This document shows, in pieces, positions 24,644 through 38,254 of a DNA stretch of 64,000 nucleotides. The first letter of the stretch is position 1; each line of letters begins with the position of its first letter. The notes beneath the pieces were generated by a model. That model was not told the origin of the DNA. It ran no database searches and saw only the letters and a list, made by a program, of their open reading frames with translations. This DNA comes from Paraspadella gotoi (lineage: Eukaryota; Animalia; Chaetognatha). Location: the NCBI GenBank assembly GCA_051294375.1, contig JBJCIZ010000239.1, positions 2,989,476-3,053,475 of the forward strand, in the 5' to 3' direction. The position numbers were made by a program, and so were the translations under genes.

Positions 24644-25386
24644 AACAAGTTTGAGCAAACAATGTCGGATCTGCCCACGATCATTATCGGTAATTAATTG
24701 ATAATTCAATAATTCAAGTTAATTAATTATTAAATAATTAATTAGGCAATTAATTAATTTGATCCCAAATGTTTGTTTGTAGGTCTATTCGTCACTAACC
24801 ACGACGATGAGAATAATGCCGATAACGATTGCCTTGATTGATTGACTGATTAATTATTTGATTAATTAATACATCTTGTATTTACATTTAAAATAAAAAG
24901 AAAAAGAAGCATAATGAATTAGTGAAACAGGTTTTTTGTTTTTTATTTAAACTCATTTTCACTCAAATGATTCCATCGAAACTTGATTTCCAGCTTAATC
25001 ACACACTTTCAAACCAACATACGAAATTCCAGGTAAATCGCCTCATCCACTCATGAGCAATTGGTGTTCAAATAGTGAAATATATTTTTTTGTTTTTTCC
25101 ATTTAAACTCATTTCCACTCGGACGATTCCATCGAAACTTCAAAGCTCGATCACAGACTTCCCTACCCACACACAAAATTTCATTCTAATCCATCAATCC
25201 AATCACGTGTCATTGGTGTTTTTTGCTAAGGTGGGACGGACGGACAGACAGACGAACATTTTTTTGGATAATTTATCATAATTCGATGTTCTGACATGAT
25301 ATAAGTGAATGCCCGACAAGATTGAGGGGGCGTACCGACAAAGTGAATTATAGAGTCGGGATCTGCTGATAAGCAGATCCAACTAA
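24644..25386 (-). mobile_element. Non-autonomous Helentron/DINE-1-like element, short copy
   Basis: Sub-terminal inverted repeat GGATCTGC, palindrome GGATCTGCT-GATA-AGCAGATCC at one end, small stem-loop at the other, (GGAC/AGAC)n microsatellite, A/T-run insertion site; both ends shared with 34799-37356. Confidence 0.7.
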
Positions 25387-26058
25387 AAATAAATACGTGA
25401 AATTTCCATTCTTCTGGGATGACTTATTCCTGTAACGCCTACTTGGCAGCCACCAAATGTCTTTTTAGTTTTTAAAATGACAAAACATATTCTTATTTAA
25501 AAAAAAAAAAAAAAAACAAAAGAAAAAAAAAACGAATCAAATAAACAATGATTAATAATATTGCGCATCGGTAAGCTTAAAGTCTTTGAGATTGCCCACA
25601 ATATTGTCTCCAACGTTCAGTGGTCGCCAGGGAAGTCGGCTACTTCTCTCTAAATGTATATTATGCATGATAACAAGAACATTATCGCTATTAAAATACG
25701 AGTAACACAAAAGTTTTATGTTGGAGCACTTTGAGGCTGCCAGACCAAAACTTTTCCTTCAAACAAATAATGAATTAGAGATCTTTGAGTTCGAATATTG
25801 CGATTGGGCTCATTATTATGCTTCAGCAATAAGTAGGAATTTAAAAAACAAAAAACTGAATATAAATTTCGCAATAAGTCAATTGCTGATTGTATATCAT
25901 ATTCTGCTTTGCACGATTCTGTCAACAAATCTACCACGCGACTTTAAACACGGACAACAATCGGATTATAAATATAGGTTTTGCACGAAAGTGAGTATAC
26001 TGATGTAAAAAAACAAATTAGAGTAGCGATCTTTCTATCGACATTTTATAAATAAAAC

Positions 26059-28088
26059 TCAATTGTTTTTCCAATTCCAAGGAATGCAGATCTCTCCGGA
26101 CTGCAGAACGCTGTAGTAACTGGTGACGACGACCTTGGAACCAACGGGCAAATGGACGTAGATTTTGTGAAAATCGGAGATCAAGCGACGACAACACTCG
26201 ATCATCTGGGGAAGAAAAAGCGGTTGAACCCGGTTTGCTTTGTGTTCAATCAGTCGCGGAATTTTTTTTTTTAATTTTTAATTTTTTCTCAAACCGAAAG
26301 GGGACTAACAGAGTCTTGTCTCGAATCATCAGAAAAATTGTACCTGATCCAAGCCGACAGCGTCGTCTTTGGAAAGGCTCTCCAGAGAGAAGAGTCGTTG
26401 GCATCTGTCGACCTGCAACAACATCTCTCGACGGAGGTACTCGTGATCCAAGAGGAGGCGGGCCGCCTCGTTTTGATTCTTTTCGATAAACTGCAGCAGG
26501 ATGGAAGCCGGCGTCACGGCCGGAGCCAGGAATTGTCCGCTAGAAGCGACCGTCAGCGGAGCCGAATCTCCCTCCACGACGAACTTTATGAATATTCATG
26601 GAATGATGATAGTATAGAATATTCATATATAAGAACTTTATAACCCTTCACCTGCAAGTCATCGTAGCAGTCTCGAGGGCGGTCGTAACCTTTTAGATAA
26701 TAGTCTTGGAGAATGTTCACAATTTTTTGCAGTTGGCGGTAGTAGTCATCGGCGAGCATCTCTTGTTGGTTTTTGCGATGGACGACACGAATATTGTTGA
26801 GTAGGTTTGACAACGACTCTTCCATTCGTGGAATATGACTGATGAATTATGAAAATAAATTATTTATCAGGACTCGAGGAATATGAATGCAAGTGTTACC
26901 TGGTTATCAAACGGTTAAACGTATTGTAGTTTTGTAAGTTATTCGCCCAATTTTGAGGAACATCTTTGGGACTAAGAAGAATATGACCGTAAATGTTGAC
27001 TCCGGTTCGTGAGCTGAAAACTACTCGCTTTCCTCTGAAGTAGGTTTTGCTTTCTGGCGTCTCGGATATGATTTTGCTCAGACTTCTGTTAAGTGAAAAC
27101 AAATTATGTTGCATTTGTTGCCTTTGCACGATTAGTTTTATTGCATTGTTTACCCTCCTCTCCCACAAACCTGAAGGATCCAATGCACTGTGTCCGATTC
27201 CATTCGGCCGACCAAACTACATCGTCCAATCCGTAATTATTTTTCAAAAAGTTTTTTATTTTCCTTATTTCTTCCGTCACCGGTTTGACCTCAGTTAGGT
27301 ATAACTTCGCTTTATCGCCGTTTTCTTGTAGCCACATGGAAATGGCAATGTCTGCCTTTATAAAAAAAACAAAAAAAAAACAAAATAATCGAAATTAGCA
27401 GAAAATTTAAAGTTTAAATAACGTATATTTTTTTACTTTTTTAGGCCTCCTGCGAAAAAAGGATTCTCCCTCCCACTCCCATCCAAAGCCGGTGTTGTCA
27501 TGGGATCTCGTCCTTTCCACATTTTCAAACGTGGAAATTCCCGAGATGGACGAGGAGAGTCCGTCCACGTAAGTCGTCGAGAGGTTGCAAGTTCTTCAAG
27601 AGACGAAAATCAGAGAAGGAGATGGAGCTTGAACTCACTCCGAGCGCAAAATTGCAGATTTTGGCGACTCACTTGAGCAAGTGGGAAAGTTCGGTCTTCG
27701 CGTCGACTCCCTTCAGCTGAACCTGGACTCGAACGATCTTGGGGTCCAGTCCGGCCGCCGCCCGATTCTTAAGGAAGAACGTGAGGTGGATTGGCTGCGG
27801 TGGAGTCTGGATGCGGGTTTGAAGAGAGTCCAAGTAGGCCGTCAGACGTTTCATCGATTCCTCGTTGACCTCGCGAGCGTGAGGATGTTGGCCGAAGAAG
27901 TCTGAAGGATGGACGCCGCCGAGGGCTTCGGGGTTTGGATCAGGCGGAAATAGATTGGAAAAGGATAAGAACCCACCTGGATGCACGGCGAAAAAGAAAG
28001 GACGGAGAGCCGTGGCGATCTCATGGCTGCTGAGAGTTCTTATTAGGGGACTAAAGACTCTCGATACCGATCTACGGAATCCCCACAT
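26059..28088 (-). CDS. TCAIM: T-cell activation inhibitor, mitochondrial homolog (DUF4460/4461)
   Basis: ALRPFFFAVHPDFFGQHPHAREVNEESMK; C-terminal YYSVLQSGEICIPWNWK. Confidence 0.92.
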
Positions 28089-28248
28089 GACAGTCAGCTT
28101 CTTTGCAAGAACACCTTAAGAAATTTTCCCAAAATAGTCTCATTTCGATATACTCCGTTTTATAGTGACAATCTGGAAAATATAACAAAAAATGTCGAAA
28201 CGACGTATGATGCCGGAACTGTGATATAATTCCGGTTTCCATGGGCCA

Positions 28249-31200
28249 TCATGAAAAATCCAGGTTCCAGTGAATGGATTGTTTTTCTTCGCGGAGGACG
28301 TAACAAACGAGTTCGTCTCCGGGCAAAGGTTCGAGATCTCCGTCGGCGAGCGCGACGCCACATTCCATAGTGTGAGAGATCGTTTTTACTTCTTCCTGTA
28401 AGATCGAACGACTCACAAAATGAACAAACTTGCACGATTCAATTTAAAATGATTCCTTACCTTAAAATGCCGGAGTGAATGAAGATCTCCGTCGAAGAGA
28501 ACCTTGTCTCCGCGGACGAGTTTGAACTTGTGCGCCCGATTGAGTTCACCCCACAGACATCGGCATCCCGCCACCGCACGCTGTCTCTTCACGTCGGTCA
28601 CAGAGAAACTCTGAAGGACCTCGGCCCTGCCCACGACGTCGGGCACCGAGAGCGGCGGCAAGCGGGATTCCATGGCGGACTGAGGGGCAAAGGAAGGATT
28701 TGAGAAAGGAGGCGGGAAGGCCCGAGCTATGGAAACTGCTATGGAAACCTTGGCATGTTCGAAGAGGCGGTAAATGACGTTAAAGTGGTTGATTTCCACG
28801 TTTTCTCTCTCCGCAAGTTGTTCCACGGAATCGGGGACTTTTTGATTGAAAGAGTAAACGATGCCGTGAAAAGCTTTTGCTAAATCTATGTCGCTTGGTG
28901 TTGGTGGACCCACGCCGAAATTTAGAATATCCCTGAACGAAAATGAATACTAATCACTTCTGAGAAGGTCAATGGGTTAAACTCAAAAGATATTATCATA
29001 AATATCTTATAGCTAAATTCAAAACAAAAGACTTTAGTGGCCTTTTCTACCATCATTCGTGCTGATCAGCTTAATAAGAATAATATCGTATTTGTAATTC
29101 CTGCCTCCCTTCATTGACTATTCACCGTCGCCATAAGACTCACAATTTGCACTTCTCGTCGGCGTAGGAGTCGAAAATTCCCAGAATGGCTTCGAGCGAA
29201 CCGTCGACGTCCGCTCTAATGACGACGTGGAGAAACGGATTAGAAAAGTCCACCGTTTTCAATTCCTTTTCTTTTCGAAAGTCCTGTCATTAAAAAAAAA
29301 GAACAACAAGGCATCATATATTATATATGATATATTATATTATATATTATATATTATATATCAGCATTCGGATGATTTGAAATTCGCTCCACTCACTTTG
29401 ATCTTCAACCGTCGTCTTCCCGTCTCGATTTTGAGAGCCACCCGCTCTCGATAATTTTCTTCGTCTTGCTGCTTCTGCCGTTGGACCAAAACCTGCGCCT
29501 CCAAGAATCGTTGGTTTTCCAATTGTGAGTCGCGAAACTTGACGACTTGCTTGAGTCGGCGTTCGGATTCCACCTGAACAACGAAAAAATGGTTCAGAAT
29601 ACTAATATTTTTTTTTAAAAATCCACCGGACGCGACGCCCGTCAGCAAAACCGAGTAAAAAACAAAATTATTCAACCTGGAGGACTTTGTCTCCTGGACT
29701 CGGCAATTCCTTCCACCCGGTTATTTCGACGGGCTCGAAAGGTTCGACGGCAGAAAGGGCTCGTCCAGTGTCGTCGGTCATGGACCGGACTTTGCAATGG
29801 GCGTTTCCAGCGACCAGAAACGATCCGATCTTCAGGCATCCTCTCTGCATCAGCGCCATGACAGTTTTGCCCAGTCCCTCCACCTGACGAGTCTCTATCA
29901 CCGTTCCTTCGGCCAGTCCTAGAAATGTAAATCGGGCACTGTGTTTAATTGTTTATTATAGAGAGGAATTCATTCCAACATTTATAAGCGATTCGGATAA
30001 TTCGTTCAATCAGCGCCTCCTCACCCGAAGGATCGGCTCTCAAATCGAGCAGATCGGCCTGAGTCAGAACGGCTTCCATCAGCTCATCGAGATTGGTTCC
30101 TTTCAAGGCGGATATAGGGACGCACATGACGTCGCCGCCAAAGTCCTCGAGTTGAATCCCCGCCTCCAGCAACTCGCGCTTCGTGCCATCAACGTCCGCT
30201 TCCGCTTTGTCGATCTTGTTGATGGCGACGACGATCGGGACTCCAGATTGCTGTCGAGGTAAAAAACAATACTACAGTTCGATGCTATTTCCCCGGTTGC
30301 GTTATTGTTTGTCGTTGCTGTTGTCGTTTGCCCTGGTTCGTTGATTGGTTTTTAGTTGTTATAAGTTAGTTTTTGGTTAAAAATGGTTTATGGTTTTTTA
30401 TGTTTTTGTTGTTTTTTTTTTGTTATTGTTGTCATTTAGGTCGTCGTCTTCATTGTTGTCGCGTGAGCTGCGAAGTCATGTCTTAACTCTTAACCGTCTC
30501 TTCACACTGACCCTCGCGTGTTCGATCGACTCCAGCGTTTGGTTCATGACGCCATCTTCGGCCGCGATGACGAGGACGACGACGTCGGTAACGTTGGCGC
30601 CACGCCCACGCATGGCGGTGAAGGCGGCATGACCCGGCGTGTCGAGAAAGACGATTCGTGAGCCGGATGAAAGTCGCGCCGAAAAGGCGCCAATGTGCTG
30701 GGTGATGCCTCCGAACTCTTCGCTTCGTTGAAAATGGAAGGTGAACAGGTTAATTCGTGAATAAATTTTCTCCTCTCTCTCTCTCTCATCTAACCTAACG
30801 ACGTTGGTCCTTCTCAGTCGGTCCAACAGCGTCGTTTTCCCGTGATCGACGTGACCCATTATGGTTACTACAGGGTGACGTTTCGGTAGCGATCGGTGCT
30901 CCTCCTGAGTCGGAGGGGGACGAGGCTGTGCGTCCAGCGCGGACGAACAATCCGTTTCCGGTTTAATGTCATAACGCTGAGGGGAAATCGTAAAACACTT
31001 CAAAAAATCTAAGCGTATGGCAACGGGAGGATAGCCTGTGATACCCGGGGCGCGGGGTATCTCACTAACTGGCGTAGGGGCTGCGGACCCTCAGTGACCG
31101 CCTCCTGTCACTGGCATGTTTATACCGGCACCATCACATTTAAGCCAGAACGGGATACCCGGGGATTGAACCCGGGACGCACGGATGGAATGAGATGATT

Positions 31201-34200
31201 GAGCCTGCTCAGCCATTGAGACGAGGCTGAGGACGGACAGCAGTGAGGCAGCTTTAAGTCTTGCTGCCACAGGATCCCCCCACCAGACTTCTCCACAGGG
31301 CCTCAATCCTGATTCCTGAGGAGATGTCTGAGAGAAGGTTTTGATCTCATTGCCATAGTGAGAGCGAGCGGGCGAGCGAGCGAGCGAGCGAGTCTGGAGC
31401 GTTACCAGAGAAGTAGGGCATAGGCGTGATATGCATACCCTAAGCGACGTAAGCGTGGGCGCACGGTGCGCAGCGGTTGCGTGTTCGATAGTCGGGCTCA
31501 CCACGTATGGACGACACAAGTTTCAGATCAAGAATGATTTATTCTTCAACAAGGTTATAAACAATAACAGTCAAAATGCTCAGATGCTAAGTCTATTACA
31601 ATGGTATTTACAAAGGTCAACGTTTTGACCACAAATAAACTGGGGACGCGAGCGGGGTCAGGTTAATAATTACAGTAACTTCTAACTTTCGTACACTTAT
31701 AAAATAAAAAAATAAATAAGGCAATAGACACAATTTGAATCCGACAATGTTTTAAATAAACAACCAGTCTCGGTGTCATTCTGTTCGTTTTTCCAAGCTC
31801 TTTTTAACTAAAAAAGTTTTATTTTAAAAAAAAAACTTTTTCGCCCGAGCCAGGGGTGTTAAAGAGCCAAAAAATGGAATTTTACCTTTTATTAGTATTT
31901 TTTAGCTTTTTTTCAGTAATTTTTTAAATATAATTATCATTAATCAAGTTAATTACTAATGATAATGCTTTTAAATTATCATATTTAACTATTTTTAAAA
32001 CATTCATTCACAAAAAATATTAGTTTAAGGCTTAAGCCAGGGGTATTAAAGAGCTAAAATTTCCAAATTGTCTTTTTTTAGTATTTTCAAAGATAATTTA
32101 CTGTTTTTTTAAGGATTACATATTTTAATCAGATCATAAAAGTATTTGATAATTTTAAATGGTTTTCAATTTAATTAACATAGTTAATTGATTTTTTTAT
32201 AATTAAAAGCATTAAAAACTATTGTGACCTATTTCTAAGAAGTTTTTTTTTAAAGATTCATCTTTAAAACAAAGCAATTCATAAAATTTTTTAATCATAT
32301 AATGAAATTGTTACAACAAAGATATAATTATTCAAATGATTTTATGCGATATCGCATAGAAAATAATAATTTTGTTAATGAACAGAACTAATGTTCTAGT
32401 TATAGCAATTTTAGGTTAAGGGTTAGTGTTTAGTTTTAACATTTGAGGTAGTTGTAATTCAGGTTGAATAAGTAAAAGTTAGCATTACGATCAACAAGGT
32501 TGTTGTAGTTATACCCAACTAGAAAGTTACAGATGGGAAAAGTTTTATGGGCGATGATAGGTTCAAGGTTCATGCTTGGCCTTGGACGCGAAGCGGAGGT
32601 TAGGGCTAGGGGAGGGATTTACGTGGGATGCTAGGATAGAAATGATCTATATTTTAATTAAAATTTTGTGTATATTTAATTTAAAACGAAAGTTTTTAGT
32701 ATTTTTCAACGATTTTATTACAAAGTATTGGACATGTTTCTACTCATGTTTTCGAGTCTTCATCAGCATTTGTCAGTTGATTTTTCACAATCATAAAGTT
32801 GGGGATAAAAGAGAGAGTGAGAGAGAGAGAGAGAGAGAGAGAATTCCAACAAAGAATTGAGAAAGGACAGTGGTCAGATTTCAGGACAGGTGAAGGCAAG
32901 GACAGGAGAAAGGGGAAATAAGTTGATTTTGAAATGGTGAAAAAGAGAGAGAGAGAGAGAGAGAAACATTACATTTCAAAAATGTAATGTTTCTTTTACA
33001 CAAATTTGTAAATGCATCACTAACGCTGATGAAGACTCGAAAATAAAGAGTCGAAACATGTCCGTATATTATTAAATAAAATCGTTGATGAAAATATTTT
33101 TCAAACTTTGTTTAAATCTCTACACTCAACGAAGCTGAAAGGATTAATACAATGGTTAAAAACTATTGTATATTAAAAAAAATTATTTTATTAATAACAA
33201 AATATTTGTATATAGAGTTAAACCAAACTATTACTCTTATCCGTACAAAATTTATATGCAGATATCATTTTTAAATTATTTTTTTAATAAAATTATATTA
33301 TATATTATAAAGTAAACATATTTTTTTATAATAATATCCGAAAATTATTTAAATAATTTTATCTTGTAACAATTACATTTTGTGATTAAAAATTAAAATT
33401 AATGGCTTTGGTCATAGAAGTTTTTGGGGTTTTCAGTTTTAAAAAACATTATTAAATTAATTGATTAACTTAAAGCTGTGGTAAGTCGCCTCAAAGCATT
33501 TAAAGATATCAAATATTTTCATTACCATGATTAAAATAAGTTATTTTTAAAAAAATAGTAAATTATAATTTATAAATATTAAAAAAAAAATTTAAATATT
33601 TTAGCTCTTCAACACCCTTGGCTTAAGCTAAAAACTAATATTTTTTTAATGAATGTTTTAAAAACAGTTAAATAGGATAAATTACCTTGATTAAAGATTA
33701 TTATATTTAAAAATTAAATGGAAATGCTAAAAAATACTAAAAAATGGTGAATTTCCATATTTTGACTCTTCAACACCCCTGGCTCGGGCGAAAAAGTTTT
33801 TTTTTTATTTAAAACTTTTTTAGTTAAAAAGAGTTTGGAAAAACGAACAGAATGACACCGAGACTGGTTATCTAATAAAACTTTGTCGGATTCAAATGTG
33901 TCTAATAGGGCAAGCATCTATGAAGAAGTTTTTTTTTTTTTTTTGCATTTAGAGTCTGAATCAAATCCAACGTCATATTTGTATTAAATTAACTCAATAA
34001 ATTTAAAATCAGCATTATTTTCAAGAAAAGTAATCTTAACGGCACTGGTTTAAAAAATTTCATTTTCCGCACTAATTTTATAAAAAAAATTTTAAAATTT
34101 TATCACTTATCAATATCAGTTGGCGATAACAGCGGACGACGGACGAAGCTTTCAACTTTTTCTCCGAGATTTTTAATCTCCGTCCAAATCTTTGAAGTAC

Positions 34201-37200
34201 TACCAATAAAATTGAGAACGGATTTGAAAAAAAAAAAAAATTTAGGCCAATTCGAAAAACTGGGACACCGGTCTATTGGCACCTGAATGACTTTGCAGCG
34301 AAACTTAGAAGGACGACATAGTTCTTGGATGAGGCCCAGGTCGTTCAAACGAGTCTCGCCCGAGACATCATTCATCGACGGACGAAGAAATTGGCAAACG
34401 TCGGACGGAGTCTTCTCGATACCGGCCGCCAACTCACCGACTGTCATTCCGCGCCAAACCTGAAAAAAAAAAAGAAATATTATCTTAAAATAAACTGAGA
34501 AGGCGTTCAACCGTTCAATCAGTCACGGATTTATCTCTGAAAAAAAAAAAAAAAAAATACTATTCCGATGAACTCCAAAAATATTTGAACTATGGAACTT
34601 GTTTCTGTATAAATCATATGATTTCTTTTATAATTTACTTTTAAACTAAATATATATAATATATATATACAGCGACAGACCGAAGAGCTTATGTCAGCCG
34701 GAAATAAAAGTATAAAAATGATGAGCGTGAAAATTTATAAGGTGCCCAAAGAAAGATCGATAGAAATAAGATAATATAACATGTACCGAGTCAGGTAAAA
34801 ACAAGTTTGAGCAAACAATGTCGGATCTGCCTACGATAATTAATTAATTAATTAATTGATTAATTAATTAATTATAATTTATATTCAGCTTGTCATCATC
34901 GATGTCCTTAAAATTGAGTCAGGACAGTTATTAAATGTTTTGTTTACATTTTATCAAAACAAACAAATATCCTCTATTATCGAGCCAGGCGGGCAAAGCC
35001 CGTCCTGTCTTGATTTTGATTCGGTTTAGCTTTCGGTCACGCTTTTTTGCAATCATGGCTTCTGAAAGTGTGATATCAAAGGGAGTTGAAATTTCATATT
35101 TGGCTTCTAAGATCAATATCTTTAAAATTCTCATGTTTCATATCAATATTCGTATTTGTTTATGTTTTATTTACAAAACAAAAACGTTTTAATTATATGT
35201 CGCTCTCTCTCTCTCTTTCTTTTAAATATATGTCGCTCTCTCTCTCTCTCTCTTTTTTTTTCTTTTACAAAAAATTTTTAGATATAATGTGGGCTCACTA
35301 ATGTAAAAAACGATGCCGCGAACAGGGTGCGAACCCGGGTCCTTTGGGAGGAGAAAAGCTCACGCTACGTCCAGCGCCATAGGTTCTGCTGATTCTTTAA
35401 CGAGTAAAGGGGCTGTAGAGTTTTCTCTCTCTCTCTCTTTTAATTATTATATATCGCTCTTTCTCTTTTCTCTTTTTCTCGCAGCGGCTGTCTCTCTCTC
35501 TCTCTCTTTTTCTCTCTCTCTCTCTGTCTCTCTGTGTGTGTGTTGTCCATATCTGTCCGATCTCTTGCGTAATCGTTTGTTTTTTGAAAAATTTTGATTA
35601 TTTTTTTTCCTTCTAAAAACTTTTTATTATTGCCATTTATTCCGCGCTTTTTTCAATACAAAATCCCATATTTTCATCCAGAATTTTTCGTGGATTTATC
35701 TCTTCTTTCTCTCTCTCTTTCTTCTCTCTCTCTCTTTCTCTTCTTCTCTCTCTTTTTTCTCCTCTCTCTCTCTCTCTCTTCTCTCTCTCTTTCACTCAAA
35801 CCCATGTGTTTTATTAATTACATAATATTCAATCCACATGATGACAATCATCGCATCAATGAATGACAATCATCGCATCACTGAATGACTACCATCACAG
35901 CAGTGAATGACTACTCTCACTCAATAATTGATTATCATCGAATCAATAATCAATTCCTATTAATCAATAAAATACATTACATCAATCAATTAGTATTACC
36001 TCAATCAATTACTATTACACAATAATTCGTTTATCGCATGATTCTATTCGTTTTTTTTTCCCCGGTTTTTTTCATTAATTTTCTATGATAGTCTCTGGCT
36101 CGATCTTGAGTCTTTTAAGATTTTGTATTTTATGTCTCCTTCTCTCTCTCCTCTCTCTCACTCTCTCTCTTTCTCTCTCTCACTCTCTCTTTCTTCTCTC
36201 TCTCTCTCTTTTTATGCAATTGCGACGATCCTTATGCTTTTAAGATTTTTTTAACTTGCATCATTTTTTCAACTTGCATAATTTTTTCAACTTGCATTCC
36301 GTCAAAACTTTATATCTAGCTTCTTCACTCACTTTCCTACCGGCTCACAAAATTTCATCTCAATCTATCATGGGGTTAAAAAAAAATAAAAAGATTCAAG
36401 TAAATGTGCTCATATTTTTTTCATTAAACTCATTTCCACTGGTACGTTTCCACTGAAACTTTATATCAAGCTTCGTCATACGTTTTCCTACCCACACAAA
36501 AATTTCAACTCCATTCTATCCATCCAATTATGATTAATTGGAGATTTATTGGTTTAAAATAAGTAAAAAGATTTTAGTAAATTCGACTTATGTTTTCCAT
36601 TAAATATTTCCACTACACATCCATCGATTATCCACATCACACACTTTCCTACCACACACAAAATTTAATTCCAATCCAACAGCCAATCACGAGTTATTGG
36701 AGCTTTTGCTAAGATGGGACGGATGGACGGATTGATTGACTAATTATTATTAATTTATTTACTAATTGATTAATTAACTGATTAATTATTTGATTTATTA
36801 ATACATCCTGTATATACATTTAATATAAAAGGAAAAAGAAGCATAATGTACAGTGTTTTTTGTTTTTTTCCATTTAAACTCATTTCCACTCAACTATTCC
36901 ATCGAAACTTGATTTCCTGTTCAATCCACACTCTTCCTACCCACATACAAAATTCCAGGTCAATCAGCCCATCCACTCATGAGCAATTGGTGTTCAAATA
37001 GTGAATATATATTTTTTTGTTTTTTCCATTTTAAACTCATTTCCACTCGGACGATTCCATCGAAACTTCATATCCAGCTCAATCACACACTTACCTATCC
37101 ACACACAAAAAATTTCATTTAAATCCATCCATCCAATCACGAGTAATTGGTGTTTTTTGCTAAGGTGGGACGGACAGACAGACAGACAGACAGACAACAG

Positions 37201-37742
37201 ACAGACGGGACGGACGGACATCATTTTTTTTGCATAATTTATCATAATTCGATGTTCTGACATGATATAAGTGTGTGCCCGACAATATTGAGGGGGCGGA
37301 CGACGGACGAAAAGTGGTTATAAGTCGGGAATCTGCTGATAAGCAGATCCGACTAAAAAAAATTGAGAAAAGAAAAAAATTGAGAAAAGAACCTCGGAAT
37401 TACTTCAACCGTTGGCTTTTTCTGAATGACTTTCGGCGGCTTCGGACCGCGCTTCGTCGGACCCGAATGGCGATAAGACGACGGGGACGAGTGTAGTTGG
37501 CGGGAAAATCTCGCTGACGCCGAGAGACCGTCGCCATGGCAACGGAGAAAAGCGTCTCCGGCGCGAACTGACAAAGAGCGACGATCACGACGACCAATGG
37601 GGAAAAGGTCGCTGAGAAAGACGACGCACGAGGGAGAAAAGTCGAGGCGAGCGGGGAGCGGGAATGGGGGACCGTTGAGTAGGCCGAGCGGGGAAAATTT
37701 ATGGGTGGCAATTTGGTTCAAGAACCGGGCGCGGATAGCCAT
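28249..37742 (-). CDS. MTIF2: Mitochondrial translation initiation factor 2, with TE-expanded introns
   Basis: MTS-like N-terminus, [55 protein letters not shown]...ECGV. Confidence 0.93.
31016..31510 (-). mobile_element. Diverged relative of TRIM family A: one complete LTR (31016-31271), interior and PBS; cognate 5' LTR missing beyond 5 bp
   Basis: LTR ends TGTGGC...GCCATA, same GGATCC-TGTGGC junction, PBS TGGTGAGCCCGAC, clear similarity to the family A LTR 3' half. Confidence 0.8.
32727..32769 (-). ncRNA. Degenerate minimal type-I hammerhead ribozyme motif in a Penelope-like repeat
   Basis: CTGATGA-A-GACTC-loop-GAGTA-GAAAC-ATGTC; closing pair of stem II is mismatched. Confidence 0.5.
33023..33065 (+). 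ncRNA. Minimal type-I hammerhead ribozyme motif in a Penelope-like repeat
   Basis: ACG-CTGATGA-A-GACTC-GAAAATAAA-GAGTC-GAAAC-ATGTC-CGT: core, 5-bp stem II, palindromic ACATGT stem III, 3-bp stem I, AATAAA downstream. Confidence 0.7.
34799..37356 (-). mobile_element. Non-autonomous Helentron/DINE-1-like element, long copy with internal repeats and CT microsatellites
   Basis: Same termini as 24644-25386 (ACAAGTTTGAGCAAACAATGTCGGATCTGCC and ATCTGCTGATAAGCAGATCC), GACA/GGAC microsatellite, tandemly repeated ~150-190 bp unit. Confidence 0.7.
35305..35387 (-). pseudogene. tRNA-like sequence (pseudo-tRNA or SINE head) inside the Helentron-like element
   Basis: A-box-like TGGCGCTGGACGTAG, B-box GGTTCGCACCC, T6 terminator; no convincing acceptor stem. 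Confidence 0.5.
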
Positions 37743-38254
37743 ACTATGACCAAGTGCTGCTTTTTTAAAAAAGCGTGGATGTAAACGAGAAATGCAAATG
37801 TTTTTATTCAAGGTGTGAATCCCATAGTTTGCATATCGTAAAAATAACTAAATAGTTTACCAATTTCTACTGCAGTTAAGATTTTTCAGAGAATTTCCAT
37901 TGGATAAGGCATTGCGATGAAAAAGAACCTTCTTACGAAGAAAGCCTAACGTAGTGGGCACTGGGCAGAGTTCATCTCCCAAGAACATCATCTCATTTTA
38001 CATTCTTGTGAGGGAATAAATCGAGAATAAATAAATTCATTGGCGAAGTTTCCATAAATAGCTTTGATACTAACTAATAATTGTAAACAAACCCCTAAGC
38101 ATTAGCAAGTAATGCGAATTGGAGAATGCAACTAAATTTTTTTTCTTCTTTAAATTCATTCTCGAATAATGAAATAACTGAGAAATGCACAACAGAATAC
38201 AATAAAAGGGGCAGTTGATTTCGACCCAATTTAATGAAAAACAAATTTCCCGCC

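Larger units (their letters stand above)
31724..33905. mobile_element. Foldback/MITE-like element with long imperfect inverted arms
   Basis: GACACAATTTGAATCCGACA...CGCCCGAGCCAGGGGTGTT at 31727-31860 recurs inverted at 33770-33902; AT-rich and non-coding. Confidence 0.75.

Noticed and set aside
32400-32630. TTAGGG-like words suggesting an interstitial telomere
   Set aside because: Few, degenerate and embedded in a foldback element
34103-34200. Possible alternative MTIF2 exon ([14 protein letters not shown])
   Set aside because: Nearest acceptor puts it out of frame; the exon ending 34283 joins cleanly to 30978
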